Source: Chthoniobacterales bacterium
GTDB lineage: Bacteria > Verrucomicrobiota > Verrucomicrobiia > Chthoniobacterales > Chthoniobacteraceae
Assembly (NCBI GenBank): GCA_038207335.1
Contig: JBBQZX010000019.1
Span: 32,001 to 96,000, forward strand
DNA: 64,000 nt
Reading direction: 5' to 3'
The position numbers were made by a program, and so were the translations under genes. Below are positions 28,013-38,184 of this stretch, piece after piece. Under the pieces are notes generated by a model. The model saw only the letters and a program-made list of their open reading frames with translations. It searched no databases and was not told the DNA's origin. Within the stretch, counting starts at the first letter, position 1, and each line of letters opens with the position of its first letter.

Positions 28013-29632
28013 ATGAAACTCCGCTCTCTCCCCGCCGCTTTCGTTGTCGTTTTCTGCTTCTCCATTTCCTCCGCGCGGGCGCCCGAGAAGTGGGTGTATC
28101 TCGCCACGAATCTGCTCGTGGACAAAAATGTCGATGACGCGGAGACGCTTATGAAACGGGCTTCGGCGGCCGGTTACACGCATCTGCTGCTTCACGATTC
28201 GAAGTTCTCGCGGCTCGGGGAACTCGACGCGCGCTATTTTAAAAACATCGAGCGCATGAAGCGCATTTCGGCGGAGACGAGGATCGAAATCGTGCCGGCG
28301 GTTTTCTCGATCGGATATTCGAATGACTTGCTCAGCATCGACCCGAATCTAGTCGAAGGCTTGCCGGTGAAAAATCTGCCGATGATCGTGAAAGATGGCG
28401 TGGCGCACGTGGACGATCCTCAGCCGCCAAAACTGCCGGGAGGTGACTTTTCCGACCTGAAATACTGGAGCTGGAAAGATCCGAACATCGTCGCGGAAAA
28501 TGGCGCGGCGCGGCTGACGAACCCCGATGGCAAAAACGCGCGGATTGTGCAAAACCTCGAAGTAAAGCCGTTTCGGCAGTATCACGTCTCGGTGCGCGTG
28601 AAGACGCAAGACTTTCACGGGAAGCCGGAGGTGAAGGCGCTCGCGGAGAAAAAGGGGCAGCTCAACTGGGAGGATCTCGGCGTGAAATCGACGCAGGACT
28701 GGACCGTGCATCACGCGGTTTTCAATTCGTTCGACACTCACGAGGTCGCCCTCTTTTTCGGCGTCTGGGGGGGGACGACGGGGTCGCTTTGGTGGGACGA
28801 TGCGAAGATCGAAGAGGTGGCCTTTTCGAACCTGATACGCCGCGATGGAGCGCCGCTGACGGTGACGACGGCGGATGGGAAACCGCTCGTCGAGGGACGC
28901 GATTTTGAAAGGCTCGATGACCCGAAGATGGGTCAGCATCCTTGGCACGGCGAGTTCGACACGTTTCACGAACCACCGCTTTTGAAGACGAAATTGCCGG
29001 ACGGAACGAAGCTGCTGGTGAGCTATTTTCACGCGGCGACGATATACGAACATCAGGCGTCGATCTGCCCAAGCGAGCCGAAGACGATGGACCTGCTACG
29101 CGATCAGGCGAAGCGAATGCACGCGGCTTGGGGCGCGAAGGGCTACATGATGTCGCACGATGAGGTGCGCGTATTGAATTGGGATAAGTCGTGCACGGAT
29201 CGGCATCTGACGCCGGGCGAGATTTTGGCTGACAATGTGAAGCAGTGCTCGGGGATCCTGCGCGAGGTGAATCCGGGCGGGCGCGTTTACGTGTGGAGCG
29301 ACATGTTCGATCCGAATCACAACGCTGTGAATGGGCCTTACTATTTAGTGAATGGCGACTTGCGCGGATCGTGGAAGGGGATCGACGAGGATGTGATCGT
29401 GCTGCCGTGGTATTTTGAAAAGCGCGCGGAGAGTCTGAAATTTTTCGCGGAGCGCGGGAACAAGCAGGTCGTCGCGGGATACTACGACAGCAAGCCGGCG
29501 CGGGTGGCGGAGTGGCTGAGCGCGGCGAAGGCGGTGCCGGGGTCGGTGATCGGGGTGATGTACACGACGTGGCAGAACAAGTATGGGGACTTGGAGAAAT
29601 TCAGCGCGGCGGTGGATGCGGCGGTGAAGTGA
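28013..29632 (+). CDS. Secreted GH20-like TIM-barrel protein with inserted CBM-like domain
   Basis: Signal peptide; [30 protein letters not shown]; central GGDFS...[20 protein letters not shown] beta-sandwich. Start ATG 28013. Confidence 0.55.
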   Translation: MKLRSLPAAFVVVFCFSISSARAPEKWVYLATNLLVDKNVDDAETLMKRASAAGYTHLLLHDSKFSRLGELDARYFKNIERMKRISAETRIEIVPAVFSIGYSNDLLSIDPNLVEGLPVKNLPMIVKDGVAHVDDPQPPKLPGGDFSDLKYWSWKDPNIVAENGAARLTNPDGKNARIVQNLEVKPFRQYHVSVRVKTQDFHGKPEVKALAEKKGQLNWEDLGVKSTQDWTVHHAVFNSFDTHEVALFFGVWGGTTGSLWWDDAKIEEVAFSNLIRRDGAPLTVTTADGKPLVEGRDFERLDDPKMGQHPWHGEFDTFHEPPLLKTKLPDGTKLLVSYFHAATIYEHQASICPSEPKTMDLLRDQAKRMHAAWGAKGYMMSHDEVRVLNWDKSCTDRHLTPGEILADNVKQCSGILREVNPGGRVYVWSDMFDPNHNAVNGPYYLVNGDLRGSWKGIDEDVIVLPWYFEKRAESLKFFAERGNKQVVAGYYDSKPARVAEWLSAAKAVPGSVIGVMYTTWQNKYGDLEKFSAAVDAAVK

Positions 29633-29714
29633 GGCGGTGGCGCACGGGTCCGGCGCATTGGTAGCGCGCCTGCGTTCTCGACCTCGCACGGCGCTTCTGC
29701 TCAACTCGGCGCCC

Positions 29715-31079
29715 ATGCCATACACCACCTGCACCCCGCCCGACGGCGGCAAGATTTCCATCACGCGCGGCCAACTCAATGTGCCCGCAAACCCTGTCGT
29801 TCCCTTCATCCGCGGTGATGGGACGGGGCCGGACATCTGGGCGGCGAGTGTTCGCGTTTTCGATGCGGCGGTGGAAAAGGCGTACGGCGGCGAGCGGAAA
29901 ATCGCGTGGTTCGAGGTGTTCGCCGGCGAGGCTGCGAAGACCAAATTCGACAACTGGCTGCCGGATGACACGGTCGATGCGTTCAGGGAATATCTCGTCG
30001 GGATCAAGGGTCCGCTCACGACGCCGATCGGCGGCGGCATCCGCTCGCTGAATGTCGCGTTGCGGCAGCTGCTCGACCTCTACGTCTGTCTGCGGCCGGT
30101 GCAGTATTTCAAAGGCGTTCCGTCGCCGGTGAAGCGCCCGGAACTCGTGGACATGGTGATTTTTCGCGAAAACACGGAGGACATTTACGCTGGGATCGAG
30201 TTCGCCGGAGGCACGCCGGAGTCGGCGAAAATGCTCGCGTTCTTGGAGGAAAACTTCCCGAAGGATTTCGCGAAGATCCGCTTCGGCACAAGTGCGGCGG
30301 TCGTTGATTACATGAAGCAGGCGGCGCCGGAGCATACGATGGAGAATTACCCGCCGACGGTCGGCATCGGCATTAAACCGGTGTCGCAAGTCGGCACGAT
30401 CCGGCTCATCAAGGCGGCGATCCAGTACGCGCTTGATCAGGGCCGCAAGTCGGTGACAATCGTCCACAAGGGGAACATCATGAAGTACACCGAGGGGGCG
30501 TTTCGCGACTGGGGATACGCGGCGGCGGAGCGGATTTTCGGGGACAAAGTTTATACTTGGGCGCAGTGGGAGCGGACGAAAAAGGAGAAGGGCGAGCCTG
30601 CCGCGAACGACGAGCAGAAGGCCGCGCTCGCCGCCGGACGCGTGCTGCTGAAGGACTCGATCGCGGACATCACGCTCCAGCAGGTGCTCACGCGTCCGAC
30701 CGATTTCGAGGTGATCGCGACGTTGAATTTGAACGGAGATTACCTCTCCGACGCGCTCGCCGCGCAGGTTGGCGGCATTGGCATCGCGCCGGGCGGAAAT
30801 ATTAACTACGTGACCGGCCACGCGATCTTCGAGGCCACGCACGGTACAGCGCCGAAATATGCCAACAAAGACGTGGTGAATCCCGGATCCGTCGTGCTTA
30901 GCGGCGAGATGATGCTGCGGTACACGGGCTGGAATGAGGCCGCGGACTTGATCTTAAAGGGCCTCAATGGTGCGATCGGCAGCAAGCGCGTGACGTATGA
31001 TTTTGCGCGGCAGATGGACGGCGCGACCGAGATCAAATGCTCGGAATTCGGCGACAACATCATCGCGCACATGGCGTGA
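29715..31079 (+). CDS. icd: NADP-dependent isocitrate dehydrogenase
   Basis: [60 protein letters not shown]. Start ATG 29715. Confidence 0.97.
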   Translation: MPYTTCTPPDGGKISITRGQLNVPANPVVPFIRGDGTGPDIWAASVRVFDAAVEKAYGGERKIAWFEVFAGEAAKTKFDNWLPDDTVDAFREYLVGIKGPLTTPIGGGIRSLNVALRQLLDLYVCLRPVQYFKGVPSPVKRPELVDMVIFRENTEDIYAGIEFAGGTPESAKMLAFLEENFPKDFAKIRFGTSAAVVDYMKQAAPEHTMENYPPTVGIGIKPVSQVGTIRLIKAAIQYALDQGRKSVTIVHKGNIMKYTEGAFRDWGYAAAERIFGDKVYTWAQWERTKKEKGEPAANDEQKAALAAGRVLLKDSIADITLQQVLTRPTDFEVIATLNLNGDYLSDALAAQVGGIGIAPGGNINYVTGHAIFEATHGTAPKYANKDVVNPGSVVLSGEMMLRYTGWNEAADLILKGLNGAIGSKRVTYDFARQMDGATEIKCSEFGDNIIAHMA

Positions 31080-31122
31080 ACGAGGGGCGTGCTGTAGAGT
31101 TTGCGGCGCCACGAGATTGAGT

Positions 31123-32574
31123 ATGGATCCATTAGAGCACGACGACCCTTTCCTTAAAGTGGAGGAGTCTCTCGTGGCATTCCGAAAAGGAGCGAATTAC
31201 CCAACGCCGTGGCAGAGGAAGACGATGTGGACGTCGCTCGCGACGCTTGCGGTTGTGGCGATTGGCGCGGTGGCGGTTGGGCTGATTTGGCTGACTTCGC
31301 ATGTGTTAGGATTTCTCCAGCCGATCCTCATCCCGTTCGCAGTCGCGGCGGTGATGGCGTACTTGCTCGAGCCGGTCGTTGAGCGACTGGTAAAGTGGGG
31401 TGCATCACGGAGCCGCGCGGTTCTCTACGTGTTTGCGGTCGTTTCGATCGCGTTCGCGGGCGTCCTGCTGTGGGTCATTCCGACCGTCTCCGCCGAGGCT
31501 GTGCAGCTCGCGCGAAAGTTCCCGGGGCTCACACAGGACGCGCAGCGGATGGTCACGAAATTTGCGAACGAGATTCGGCAAAAATACAACGTCCAAATCC
31601 TGCCAGATTTCCCGCCACCTGAGTCCGCACCGGCGGTTGCGGGGACTTCCGAATCACCCGCGCCCGCGCCAGCGGCTCCGCAACCCTCTTCGGCACAGGG
31701 AACGGCGGCGGCAGAGCCTACGGTTACGCCGGCAAAAGTCACGGCTGCTACGGATTTGGAGCAGCCGTTCGATTACCAGCAGTTCCTCTCTGGCGACTGG
31801 CTTCGCACCGCGCTGCCGACGGTGATCGCGAAACTCTGGAGTTTCATCCGCGGCAGTGTCGGCGGATTTCTCGGCGTCTTCGGATTCCTGCTGAGCATGG
31901 TGATCGTACCGATCTATCTTTTCTATTTTCTCATCGAGAGTCGGAACATCCAGGAATCGTGGGACGACTATCTGCCGTTGCGCGCGTCGCATTTCAAAGA
32001 TGAGGTGGTCGAGACGCTCGAGGAGATCAACGGATACCTCATCGCGTTCTTCCGCGGGCAGCTCGTCGTCAGCATGATCAATGGCACCGTCACCGGCATT
32101 TGCCTTGCGGTCGTAGGACTCGATTTCGGCATTCTCATCGGCCTCATGCTCTGCTTCCTCGGCATCATCCCGTATCTCGGCATTGCGCTTTGCTGGATTC
32201 CGGCAGTTGCGATTGCGGCGCTGCACGGCGGGAGTTGGCTGGTGCCGGCGACGCCCTGGTGGGCGTTTCCGCTTGTGGTGACGGGCATCTTCACGGCGGT
32301 GCAGCAAATAGACGGGCTTTTTGTGACTCCGAAAATCGTCGGTGAATCAGTCGGATTGCATCCGGTTACGGTGATTTTTTCCGTATTCATCTGGAGCTTG
32401 CTCATGGGCGGTTTGCTCGGCGCAATTCTCGCAGTGCCGATGACGGCGACAATCAAAGTGGTGCTGCGTCGCTACGTCTGGCAGCGGCGATTTATGAATT
32501 CGCCGGTTCTCGCAACGGATGAGAGCGACGTGATCCAGCAGGCGCAGCTCCCATCTGTCGAAACCGGGAAATGA
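31123..32574 (+). CDS. AI-2E family transporter
   Basis: AYLLEPVV, FFRGQL, IIPYLG, QQIDGLFVTPKIVGESVGLHP, GAILAVP; Pro/Ala-rich insert. Start uncertain. Confidence 0.9.
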   Translation: MDPLEHDDPFLKVEESLVAFRKGANYPTPWQRKTMWTSLATLAVVAIGAVAVGLIWLTSHVLGFLQPILIPFAVAAVMAYLLEPVVERLVKWGASRSRAVLYVFAVVSIAFAGVLLWVIPTVSAEAVQLARKFPGLTQDAQRMVTKFANEIRQKYNVQILPDFPPPESAPAVAGTSESPAPAPAAPQPSSAQGTAAAEPTVTPAKVTAATDLEQPFDYQQFLSGDWLRTALPTVIAKLWSFIRGSVGGFLGVFGFLLSMVIVPIYLFYFLIESRNIQESWDDYLPLRASHFKDEVVETLEEINGYLIAFFRGQLVVSMINGTVTGICLAVVGLDFGILIGLMLCFLGIIPYLGIALCWIPAVAIAALHGGSWLVPATPWWAFPLVVTGIFTAVQQIDGLFVTPKIVGESVGLHPVTVIFSVFIWSLLMGGLLGAILAVPMTATIKVVLRRYVWQRRFMNSPVLATDESDVIQQAQLPSVETGK

Positions 32575-32945
32575 GCCCAAACGCGCCGCGCGTCGTCGTC
32601 AAAAATACCACGTTTCGCGATGCTGTAGTCGCCGGGGTCGCTGGGTTCCTGGTGCTCGCGTTTTTGATCTACGGCATCGTGCATTTCGCCTCGGAGTCGA
32701 GCCGTGCAAAGGCGAATACCCTGACCGGAGTCGTCAGAGAAAAGCAGTTCACGCCGGCGCCGCAGGAGGAGATTACGTTTGGGAAAAAGGGGCTCAAGAC
32801 GAAGGCGATCGACGGGGAATATCTGCTGAAAGTGCAGGTCGAAGGAGAGCCGCGACTTTACGAAGTGCCGGTGGAGAAATCGACCTATGAAAGCAAGACG
32901 GTCGGCGACACCGTCAGTTTCATTCGTCCCCCGAGCGAGCAGTAG
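32571..32945 (+). CDS. Hypothetical single-TM protein
   Basis: N-terminal TM helix then a beta-rich domain; ATGA overlap with the upstream gene. Confidence 0.7.
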   Translation: MSPNAPRVVVKNTTFRDAVVAGVAGFLVLAFLIYGIVHFASESSRAKANTLTGVVREKQFTPAPQEEITFGKKGLKTKAIDGEYLLKVQVEGEPRLYEVPVEKSTYESKTVGDTVSFIRPPSEQ

Positions 32946-33621
32946 CGTTGCGGTGCTTCTCGGCGGCGCGGATCAGGAAGACGATCTCGCCTTTCACAGT
33001 CCGCGCTGCGTAATGCGTGAGCACGTCTGCAGCGAGACCGATGCGATATTCCTCGTAGGTTTTCGTCAACTCACGGGCGACGCAGACAAGGCGGTCGGGC
33101 AGGTGACTGGAGCAGACTTCGAGCGTTTTCACGAGGCGGTATGGCGACTCGAAAAAAATCGACGTTTCCGCACGATCGCGTGCGGCGAGGAGCACGCGTT
33201 CGCGCTGCCCGCTCTTCGTCGGGAGAAACCCTCCGAAGTAAAACTCCTCCGCGGGAAATCCCGAGCCGATAAGCGCGGTGAGCACGGCGGAGGGGCCGGG
33301 CAAAATCGTGTAAGAGATGCCGCGTTCGATACATGCGCGCAGCAGGCGATGGCCGGGATCCGACACGCCGGGCATCCCGGCGTCCGTGATAAGCGCGACC
33401 TTTTCACCGGATTCGAGACGCACGAGAAGCTCCTCGGTTCGCCGCGCCTCATTGTGCGCGTGATAGCTCACCAACGGCTTTCGGATTTCGAAATGCCGAA
33501 GCAAATTTCCCGAGTGGCGCGTGTCCTCCGCCGCGATGATATCCGCGGCTTTGAGCGTCTCCAGCGCACGCAGCGTGATATCGCCCAGATTACCGATCGG
33601 CGTGGCGATGAGGGAGAGCAT
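32920..33621 (-). CDS. rsmI: 16S rRNA C1402 2'-O-methyltransferase
   Basis: IATPIGNLGDITLRA, AEDTR, DAGMPGVSDPG, FFESPYR, ARELTK. Start ATG 33621. Confidence 0.96.
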   Translation of the reverse strand: MLSLIATPIGNLGDITLRALETLKAADIIAAEDTRHSGNLLRHFEIRKPLVSYHAHNEARRTEELLVRLESGEKVALITDAGMPGVSDPGHRLLRACIERGISYTILPGPSAVLTALIGSGFPAEEFYFGGFLPTKSGQRERVLLAARDRAETSIFFESPYRLVKTLEVCSSHLPDRLVCVARELTKTYEEYRIGLAADVLTHYAARTVKGEIVFLIRAAEKHRNATARSGDE

Positions 33622-33690
33622 CCTCTGATTCGAGAGCGCGAAAATCCGATCTCTCAACTCGCAGCTAAGAACTCTCGACTTCCGCAGCGC

Positions 33691-34221
33691 TCACCAGCCC
33701 TCGCTGATCAAGCTCGTGAGGCGGACGGCCATTTCCTTTGCCGCGAGCGGGATCGCCTGGCGCTCATCCTGATTCACATCCGCCGCAAGAGTGCTGCTGC
33801 CGTTTACAAAAAAATTGGTCGTGCCCGTGACGTTCCGATGATCGATCTCCGCGCCCGTGCGCGTGTCTTTCACCGAATAGATGACACGCATGGTGAGCGT
33901 GTATTCACGGCTCTGCAGTGTATTGCCGCGGACGCTGCGAGAGGAGCGCCGCACGATGGAGTCGAGCGTGCATTCGAGGATCGCGTCGGCGTGCTTTTCA
34001 TCGGTCACGGTGTAAGTGCCGTCCTGCTGGATTTGCTTGATGACGGCATTCGCGAGTTCCACCTCGACCCGCGGGAAGAGTGTGTCGTTCTTAAATGACG
34101 GCACGGCGATCGTGGTGATGTTTTTGTACGGCTTCGGCTTGATCGGGCCGATTTGGTAACCGGCGCAGCCCGCGAGAGTCGCGAGTGTCACCACGAGGGG
34201 GAGGAGGCGGAGAAGTCGCAT
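33691..34221 (-). CDS. lptE: LptE-like lipoprotein
   Basis: Lipobox LAGC followed by GYQIG, IAVPSFKNDT; C-terminal W; follows bamD. Confidence 0.75.
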   Translation of the reverse strand: MRLLRLLPLVVTLATLAGCAGYQIGPIKPKPYKNITTIAVPSFKNDTLFPRVEVELANAVIKQIQQDGTYTVTDEKHADAILECTLDSIVRRSSRSVRGNTLQSREYTLTMRVIYSVKDTRTGAEIDHRNVTGTTNFFVNGSSTLAADVNQDERQAIPLAAKEMAVRLTSLISEGW

Positions 34222-34224
34222 CGG

Positions 34225-35439
34225 TCAAGGAGCTTTCGGAAGCGTGGCGTCGGCAGGCAATGCCTCGGGAAGCGGCGGTTCGACCGGTGTAATGTCGCCT
34301 GGCGAAGTGCGAAGCCGCGGGCGGTTCGAAGGCGCGACCTCATCGGGCATCGGCGCCACTGCGACGGGCGGGCCGGCGTAGTCGGGACGCGAGACGGTAT
34401 TCACTTTTGCCTGCAGCTTCCGGCGGCTTGCGGCGCGGGCACCTGTCTCCGCGCGCTCGGGGCCGGCACGCAGCGCGTCTTCGCCGAATTTTTCTTTCAG
34501 TTCCGCGATGCGCGTTTTTGCAAATGTGCTTTCCGCCGTGTCGGGCTGTGACTTGATCACATCGTTGTAGTAAATGACGGCGGCTTTGTGGTTGCCGGTC
34601 TTGTCGTAAAATTTCGCGACATCAAGCGTGCCCTGCGCGGAGCCGGTCTCGAGCGTCTTCAGGTTTTCCCGGGCCTGCGGCACCTTTTCGCTTTCGGGAT
34701 ACCGCGCGATGAAATCATCGAACGACTCGCGCGCTTTTGCCGCCGAAGCCTGATCGTAGGAGCCTTCGCGGTATTCTTTGAGCCGCACGTATCCGACTTG
34801 GTAGAGCGCGTCGTCTGCGATCGCATCGGTCGGGTATCGCGTGACGACAGCCTGATACGCAGCGATGGCCTCTGGGAGTTTGCCCTGCTTTTCGAGCGCC
34901 TGTCCGATGTTGAACTGCGCGATCGGCGCCCATCGGCTGAAGGGGGCTTTTTTCACGATCGACTCGAACATCTCTTGTGCACGGCTCATCGACGGCGCGA
35001 CCGGGACACCGAAAAGTTTCTTCTTTTGCCCATCCAAAAACAGCTTTCCGATCTTGAACATCGACTCGACGACCGGCTCGAAATCCTCGCCCTTCGGATA
35101 CTTCGAGAGATACGTGTCGTAGGCCGTGAACGCCTTGTCGTAGCTGCCCGAGCGTTCCAGCAGCGCGCCGATTTTGCGTTGCGCCTTCGGGGCGAGCAGC
35201 GAGAGGCCGTAGCGTTTGACGAGCCCGCGATAAGCATTGAGGGCGGAGTTGATGTCGCCCGCGGCCTCGAGTTCTTCTCCCTTTCTCATCTGCTCCGCCG
35301 CGCTCCCTTCGATCTTGCTGCTGGCATCGCCCTCCACGCTCCAGCCTTCATTGGAGCGGTAGATGAGGGCGGCATTCCCCGCGCCGGGAATCGCCACGAT
35401 GAGCGCGGAGAGTGTGGTGAAAAGGGCGAGTTTTCGCAT
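34225..35439 (-). CDS. bamD: Outer-membrane assembly TPR protein, BamD-like
   Basis: TPR repeats, YDQASAAKARESFDDFIARYPES, VAKFY...AAVIYY. Start ATG 35439. Confidence 0.78.
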   Translation of the reverse strand: MRKLALFTTLSALIVAIPGAGNAALIYRSNEGWSVEGDASSKIEGSAAEQMRKGEELEAAGDINSALNAYRGLVKRYGLSLLAPKAQRKIGALLERSGSYDKAFTAYDTYLSKYPKGEDFEPVVESMFKIGKLFLDGQKKKLFGVPVAPSMSRAQEMFESIVKKAPFSRWAPIAQFNIGQALEKQGKLPEAIAAYQAVVTRYPTDAIADDALYQVGYVRLKEYREGSYDQASAAKARESFDDFIARYPESEKVPQARENLKTLETGSAQGTLDVAKFYDKTGNHKAAVIYYNDVIKSQPDTAESTFAKTRIAELKEKFGEDALRAGPERAETGARAASRRKLQAKVNTVSRPDYAGPPVAVAPMPDEVAPSNRPRLRTSPGDITPVEPPLPEALPADATLPKAP

Positions 35440-35449
35440 GAGGGCGCGG

Positions 35450-35478
35450 ACCGTAGCGGCGAGGGCGGGGAGCGTCAA
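35450..35478 (-). promoter_or_regulatory. Sigma70-type promoter of bamD (TTGACG-N17-TACGGT)
   Basis: Near-consensus hexamers, 17-nt spacer, -10 ends 10 nt before the ATG. Confidence 0.65.
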
Positions 35479-35541
35479 GGTGAGGGGAGGGGGCAAGCGG
35501 ATACTGTCGAGACTGAATCCTGAAAACTGTAGGGTGAATTC

Positions 35542-36444
35542 ATGGACGTGTATTCACCGCAGACGCCAGCCGATGATCCTGCTGCGCGCAAGGTCCACTT
35601 CGGCACTTGCGCGTGGAGTTTTGATGACTGGCGCGGCGTCTTTTACCCGGTGCATCTCGCGGCGGGCGATCGTCTGGAATTTTACGCGCGGTTTTTGGAT
35701 TCGGTGGAAATCGACTCAACGTTTTATGCGCCGCCGAAAATCACATCGGTTCGCCACTGGCTCGATGCCACGCCGGACGGCTTTCTTTTCGCCGCGAAGA
35801 TGACGCGCGAGATCACGCACGACAGGAAGCTGCGCGATTGCGCGGATGTTTTGCCGGCCTTTCTCGCGAGCCTAGCGCCTTTGCGCGCAAAGCTGGCGTG
35901 CGTGCTGGTGCAGTTGCCGCCATTTTTCACAGCGCAGCATGGTGAACACGCTCTGCGCGAATTTGTGCGCGCCCTGCCTCAGGATTTCCGTTTCGCGATC
36001 GAATTCCGCGACGAAAGCTGGCATCATCCTCGCATCGCGCACTTGCTGGAAGAGAACCGCGTTTGCTGGGTCTGGAACGACTTGACGCCGATCACGCAAG
36101 CACGGCAGGGCGCGTTCGATTACTGGCCGCGGACGACCGACTTTCTTTACGTGCGCCTGCTCGGCGACCAGCAGACGAAGTACGGCGGCGACGGCAGCCG
36201 TCTGCACAAATATCGCGGCTTGGTGTGGCCGCGGGATGCGTCACTCGACTCATGGAGGGCGCGCGTCAGCGAGAGTCTGGCCGATGTCAGCCGCGCATTG
36301 ATCATGACCAATAACCACTTCGAGGGATTCTCACCGCACACCTGCCAGCGGATCGCCGAGCGGTTTGGCGTGGCCATCCATCTGCCGTCGGTGGAGGAAC
36401 GCGCCGGAAGCGACTCCGACGCGGGCCAGATCGAATTGCTGTAG
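35542..36444 (+). CDS. DUF72 (YecE-like) protein
   Basis: GTCAWSFDDWRGVFYP, VEIDSTFY, LVQLPP, AIEFR, YVRLLG, NNH. Confidence 0.93.
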   Translation: MDVYSPQTPADDPAARKVHFGTCAWSFDDWRGVFYPVHLAAGDRLEFYARFLDSVEIDSTFYAPPKITSVRHWLDATPDGFLFAAKMTREITHDRKLRDCADVLPAFLASLAPLRAKLACVLVQLPPFFTAQHGEHALREFVRALPQDFRFAIEFRDESWHHPRIAHLLEENRVCWVWNDLTPITQARQGAFDYWPRTTDFLYVRLLGDQQTKYGGDGSRLHKYRGLVWPRDASLDSWRARVSESLADVSRALIMTNNHFEGFSPHTCQRIAERFGVAIHLPSVEERAGSDSDAGQIELL

Positions 36445-36450
36445 CCCGCA

Positions 36451-37113
36451 TCACGCCTTGATTACACCGTTTCGGATGGCGTAGCGGACGAGGTCGGCGA
36501 TCGAATTCAATTCCAGTTTTCGCATGATCCGCGCGCGGTGAGTCTCCGCGGTTTTGACGCTAATTTTCAGCTGCGCCGACACGTCCCTGTTGCTTTTGCC
36601 TTCGGCCAAAAGCTGCAGGGTTTCACGCTCCCGAGGTGTCAGTTCATTCGATGCCCGCCTGCGGATATTTGGGCCGCGCAGCTTGCGGATGTAGTGCTGA
36701 TGAGCCGTGCGGGCCGTACGCGAGGTGAAGAAAGTGCGGTGCACACGCAGTGCCTCGAGCGCGGAGACGAGATCTTCTCCCGCATCGGATTTTAGCATGT
36801 ACCCGCTCGCTCCGGCCGCGAGCACCTCCAGCACGAACTGCTCAGACTCATGGACCGACAGCACGAGCACCTCGGCGTGAGGCAGTTTCTCAAGCACGAG
36901 TCGCGTGGCCTCGAAACCGTTGAGTTCGGGCATTTCGATATCCATCACCACGATGTCCGGTTTAAGCCGATCCGCGCGCTCGATCGCCTCGCGGCCATCG
37001 GAGGCCTCGCCGACCACGACGAAATCCTCGCGCATTTCCAAAATTGCGCGGAGACCCCGGCGGACGACTTCGTGGTCATCGACGAGCAGGATTCGAGTTT
37101 TGTATCCGTTCAT
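36451..37113 (-). CDS. NarL/FixJ-family response regulator
   Basis: LVDDHEVVRRGL, VMDIEMP, LuxR HTH LTPRERETLQLLAEGKSN...KTAETHR. Confidence 0.95.
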   Translation of the reverse strand: MNGYKTRILLVDDHEVVRRGLRAILEMREDFVVVGEASDGREAIERADRLKPDIVVMDIEMPELNGFEATRLVLEKLPHAEVLVLSVHESEQFVLEVLAAGASGYMLKSDAGEDLVSALEALRVHRTFFTSRTARTAHQHYIRKLRGPNIRRRASNELTPRERETLQLLAEGKSNRDVSAQLKISVKTAETHRARIMRKLELNSIADLVRYAIRNGVIKA

Positions 37114-38171
37114 AAATTCATGGGAAGAACGACCGCCACGGTCGTGCCGGATGAATCGCCCTCGATGGAGAATCTTCCATCCAGTTCGAGCACACGCTCC
37201 CTCATTCCGATAATGCCGAAGCCTTCGCTCTTGGTGGCAGGGAGCCCGGCACCCCGGTCCCGCACGGAAAGCGTGATCCAGCCTTTATTTGCGGCGACCT
37301 CGATGTCGGCTCTAGCGCTGCCGGAGTGCTCGTGAATATTTTCGAGCGCTTCCTGAACGATGCGAAAGATCGCAGTTTCGAGTGAGCGTGTGAGCCGCCC
37401 AATCGTGGGATCGACCGCGAGCGCGGCGACGATTCCGGTGCGCTGCTGAACACTCTCGACGAGCCAGTGCAGCGCCGCCGAGATGCCGCGCTCATCAAGC
37501 AAAGCTGGATGCAGCAGGTAAGATTGCGTGCGGATTTCGCGCACCATCGTCTGTGTCAGCGTGAGGCTTTCGGAGAGCAGCGCCGCGCGCTTCTCCGGCG
37601 GCAGTGCCGGGCTTTTGAGATTCAGAACGCTCAGATTCATCGCGAGTGCGGCGAGTGTCTGAGCTGTGGAATCGTGTAGCGCTCGCGCCATGCGGCGACG
37701 CTCGTCGTCTTGCAAGTGAAGCAACCGGTGGGTGAGCGCGCGCAGTTGTTGCTCGCTCTGCTTTGCCATCGAGATGTCGCGGACAATCGCGGATGTCCCG
37801 ACCAACCCGCCTGCCGGGTCGTGCAGGGGGAAGACCGAAAGGCTTACGTCGAGCACATCGCCGGATTTTGTCATACGGCGCGTCTCGTGGTGATGCACGC
37901 GCTCGCCTCGGCGCACGCGCGCCTTGATCTCGCGCGACTCGTCGTGCCGGTCGTCCGGAGTCACGAGCAGCGTGGTCTTTCCGCACATTTCGGAAGCGCT
38001 GAATCCGAACATTTTTTCCGCCCCCCAATTCCATCCGACTACGTTGCCGTCGGGAGTGGACGTAATGATCGCGTCGTCGAAAGCCTCCACGATCATTCCC
38101 ATTTGCTCGAACGCGAGTGCGCCCAGCGTACAATCGTTCGCTCTTGTGGGGGCAATCCTTCCGCGTTCCAT
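37110..38171 (-). CDS. Soluble PAS-domain histidine kinase (HisKA_3)
   Basis: PAS DAII...WNWGAEKMFG...IVRDIS; ERRRMARALHDS; FRIVQEALEN; DRGAG, GFGIIGMRER. Start may be 38102. Confidence 0.92.
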   Translation of the reverse strand: MERGRIAPTRANDCTLGALAFEQMGMIVEAFDDAIITSTPDGNVVGWNWGAEKMFGFSASEMCGKTTLLVTPDDRHDESREIKARVRRGERVHHHETRRMTKSGDVLDVSLSVFPLHDPAGGLVGTSAIVRDISMAKQSEQQLRALTHRLLHLQDDERRRMARALHDSTAQTLAALAMNLSVLNLKSPALPPEKRAALLSESLTLTQTMVREIRTQSYLLHPALLDERGISAALHWLVESVQQRTGIVAALAVDPTIGRLTRSLETAIFRIVQEALENIHEHSGSARADIEVAANKGWITLSVRDRGAGLPATKSEGFGIIGMRERVLELDGRFSIEGDSSGTTVAVVLPMNL

Positions 38172-38184
38172 GGGGGGCGGGGAG

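Noticed and set aside
32920..32945. 26-nt convergent overlap between rsmI and a hypothetical gene
   Set aside because: Short 3' overlaps are common; no sign of function.
36451..38171. PAS kinase / NarL pair as a novel system
   Set aside because: Ordinary architecture with intact phosphorylation motifs.
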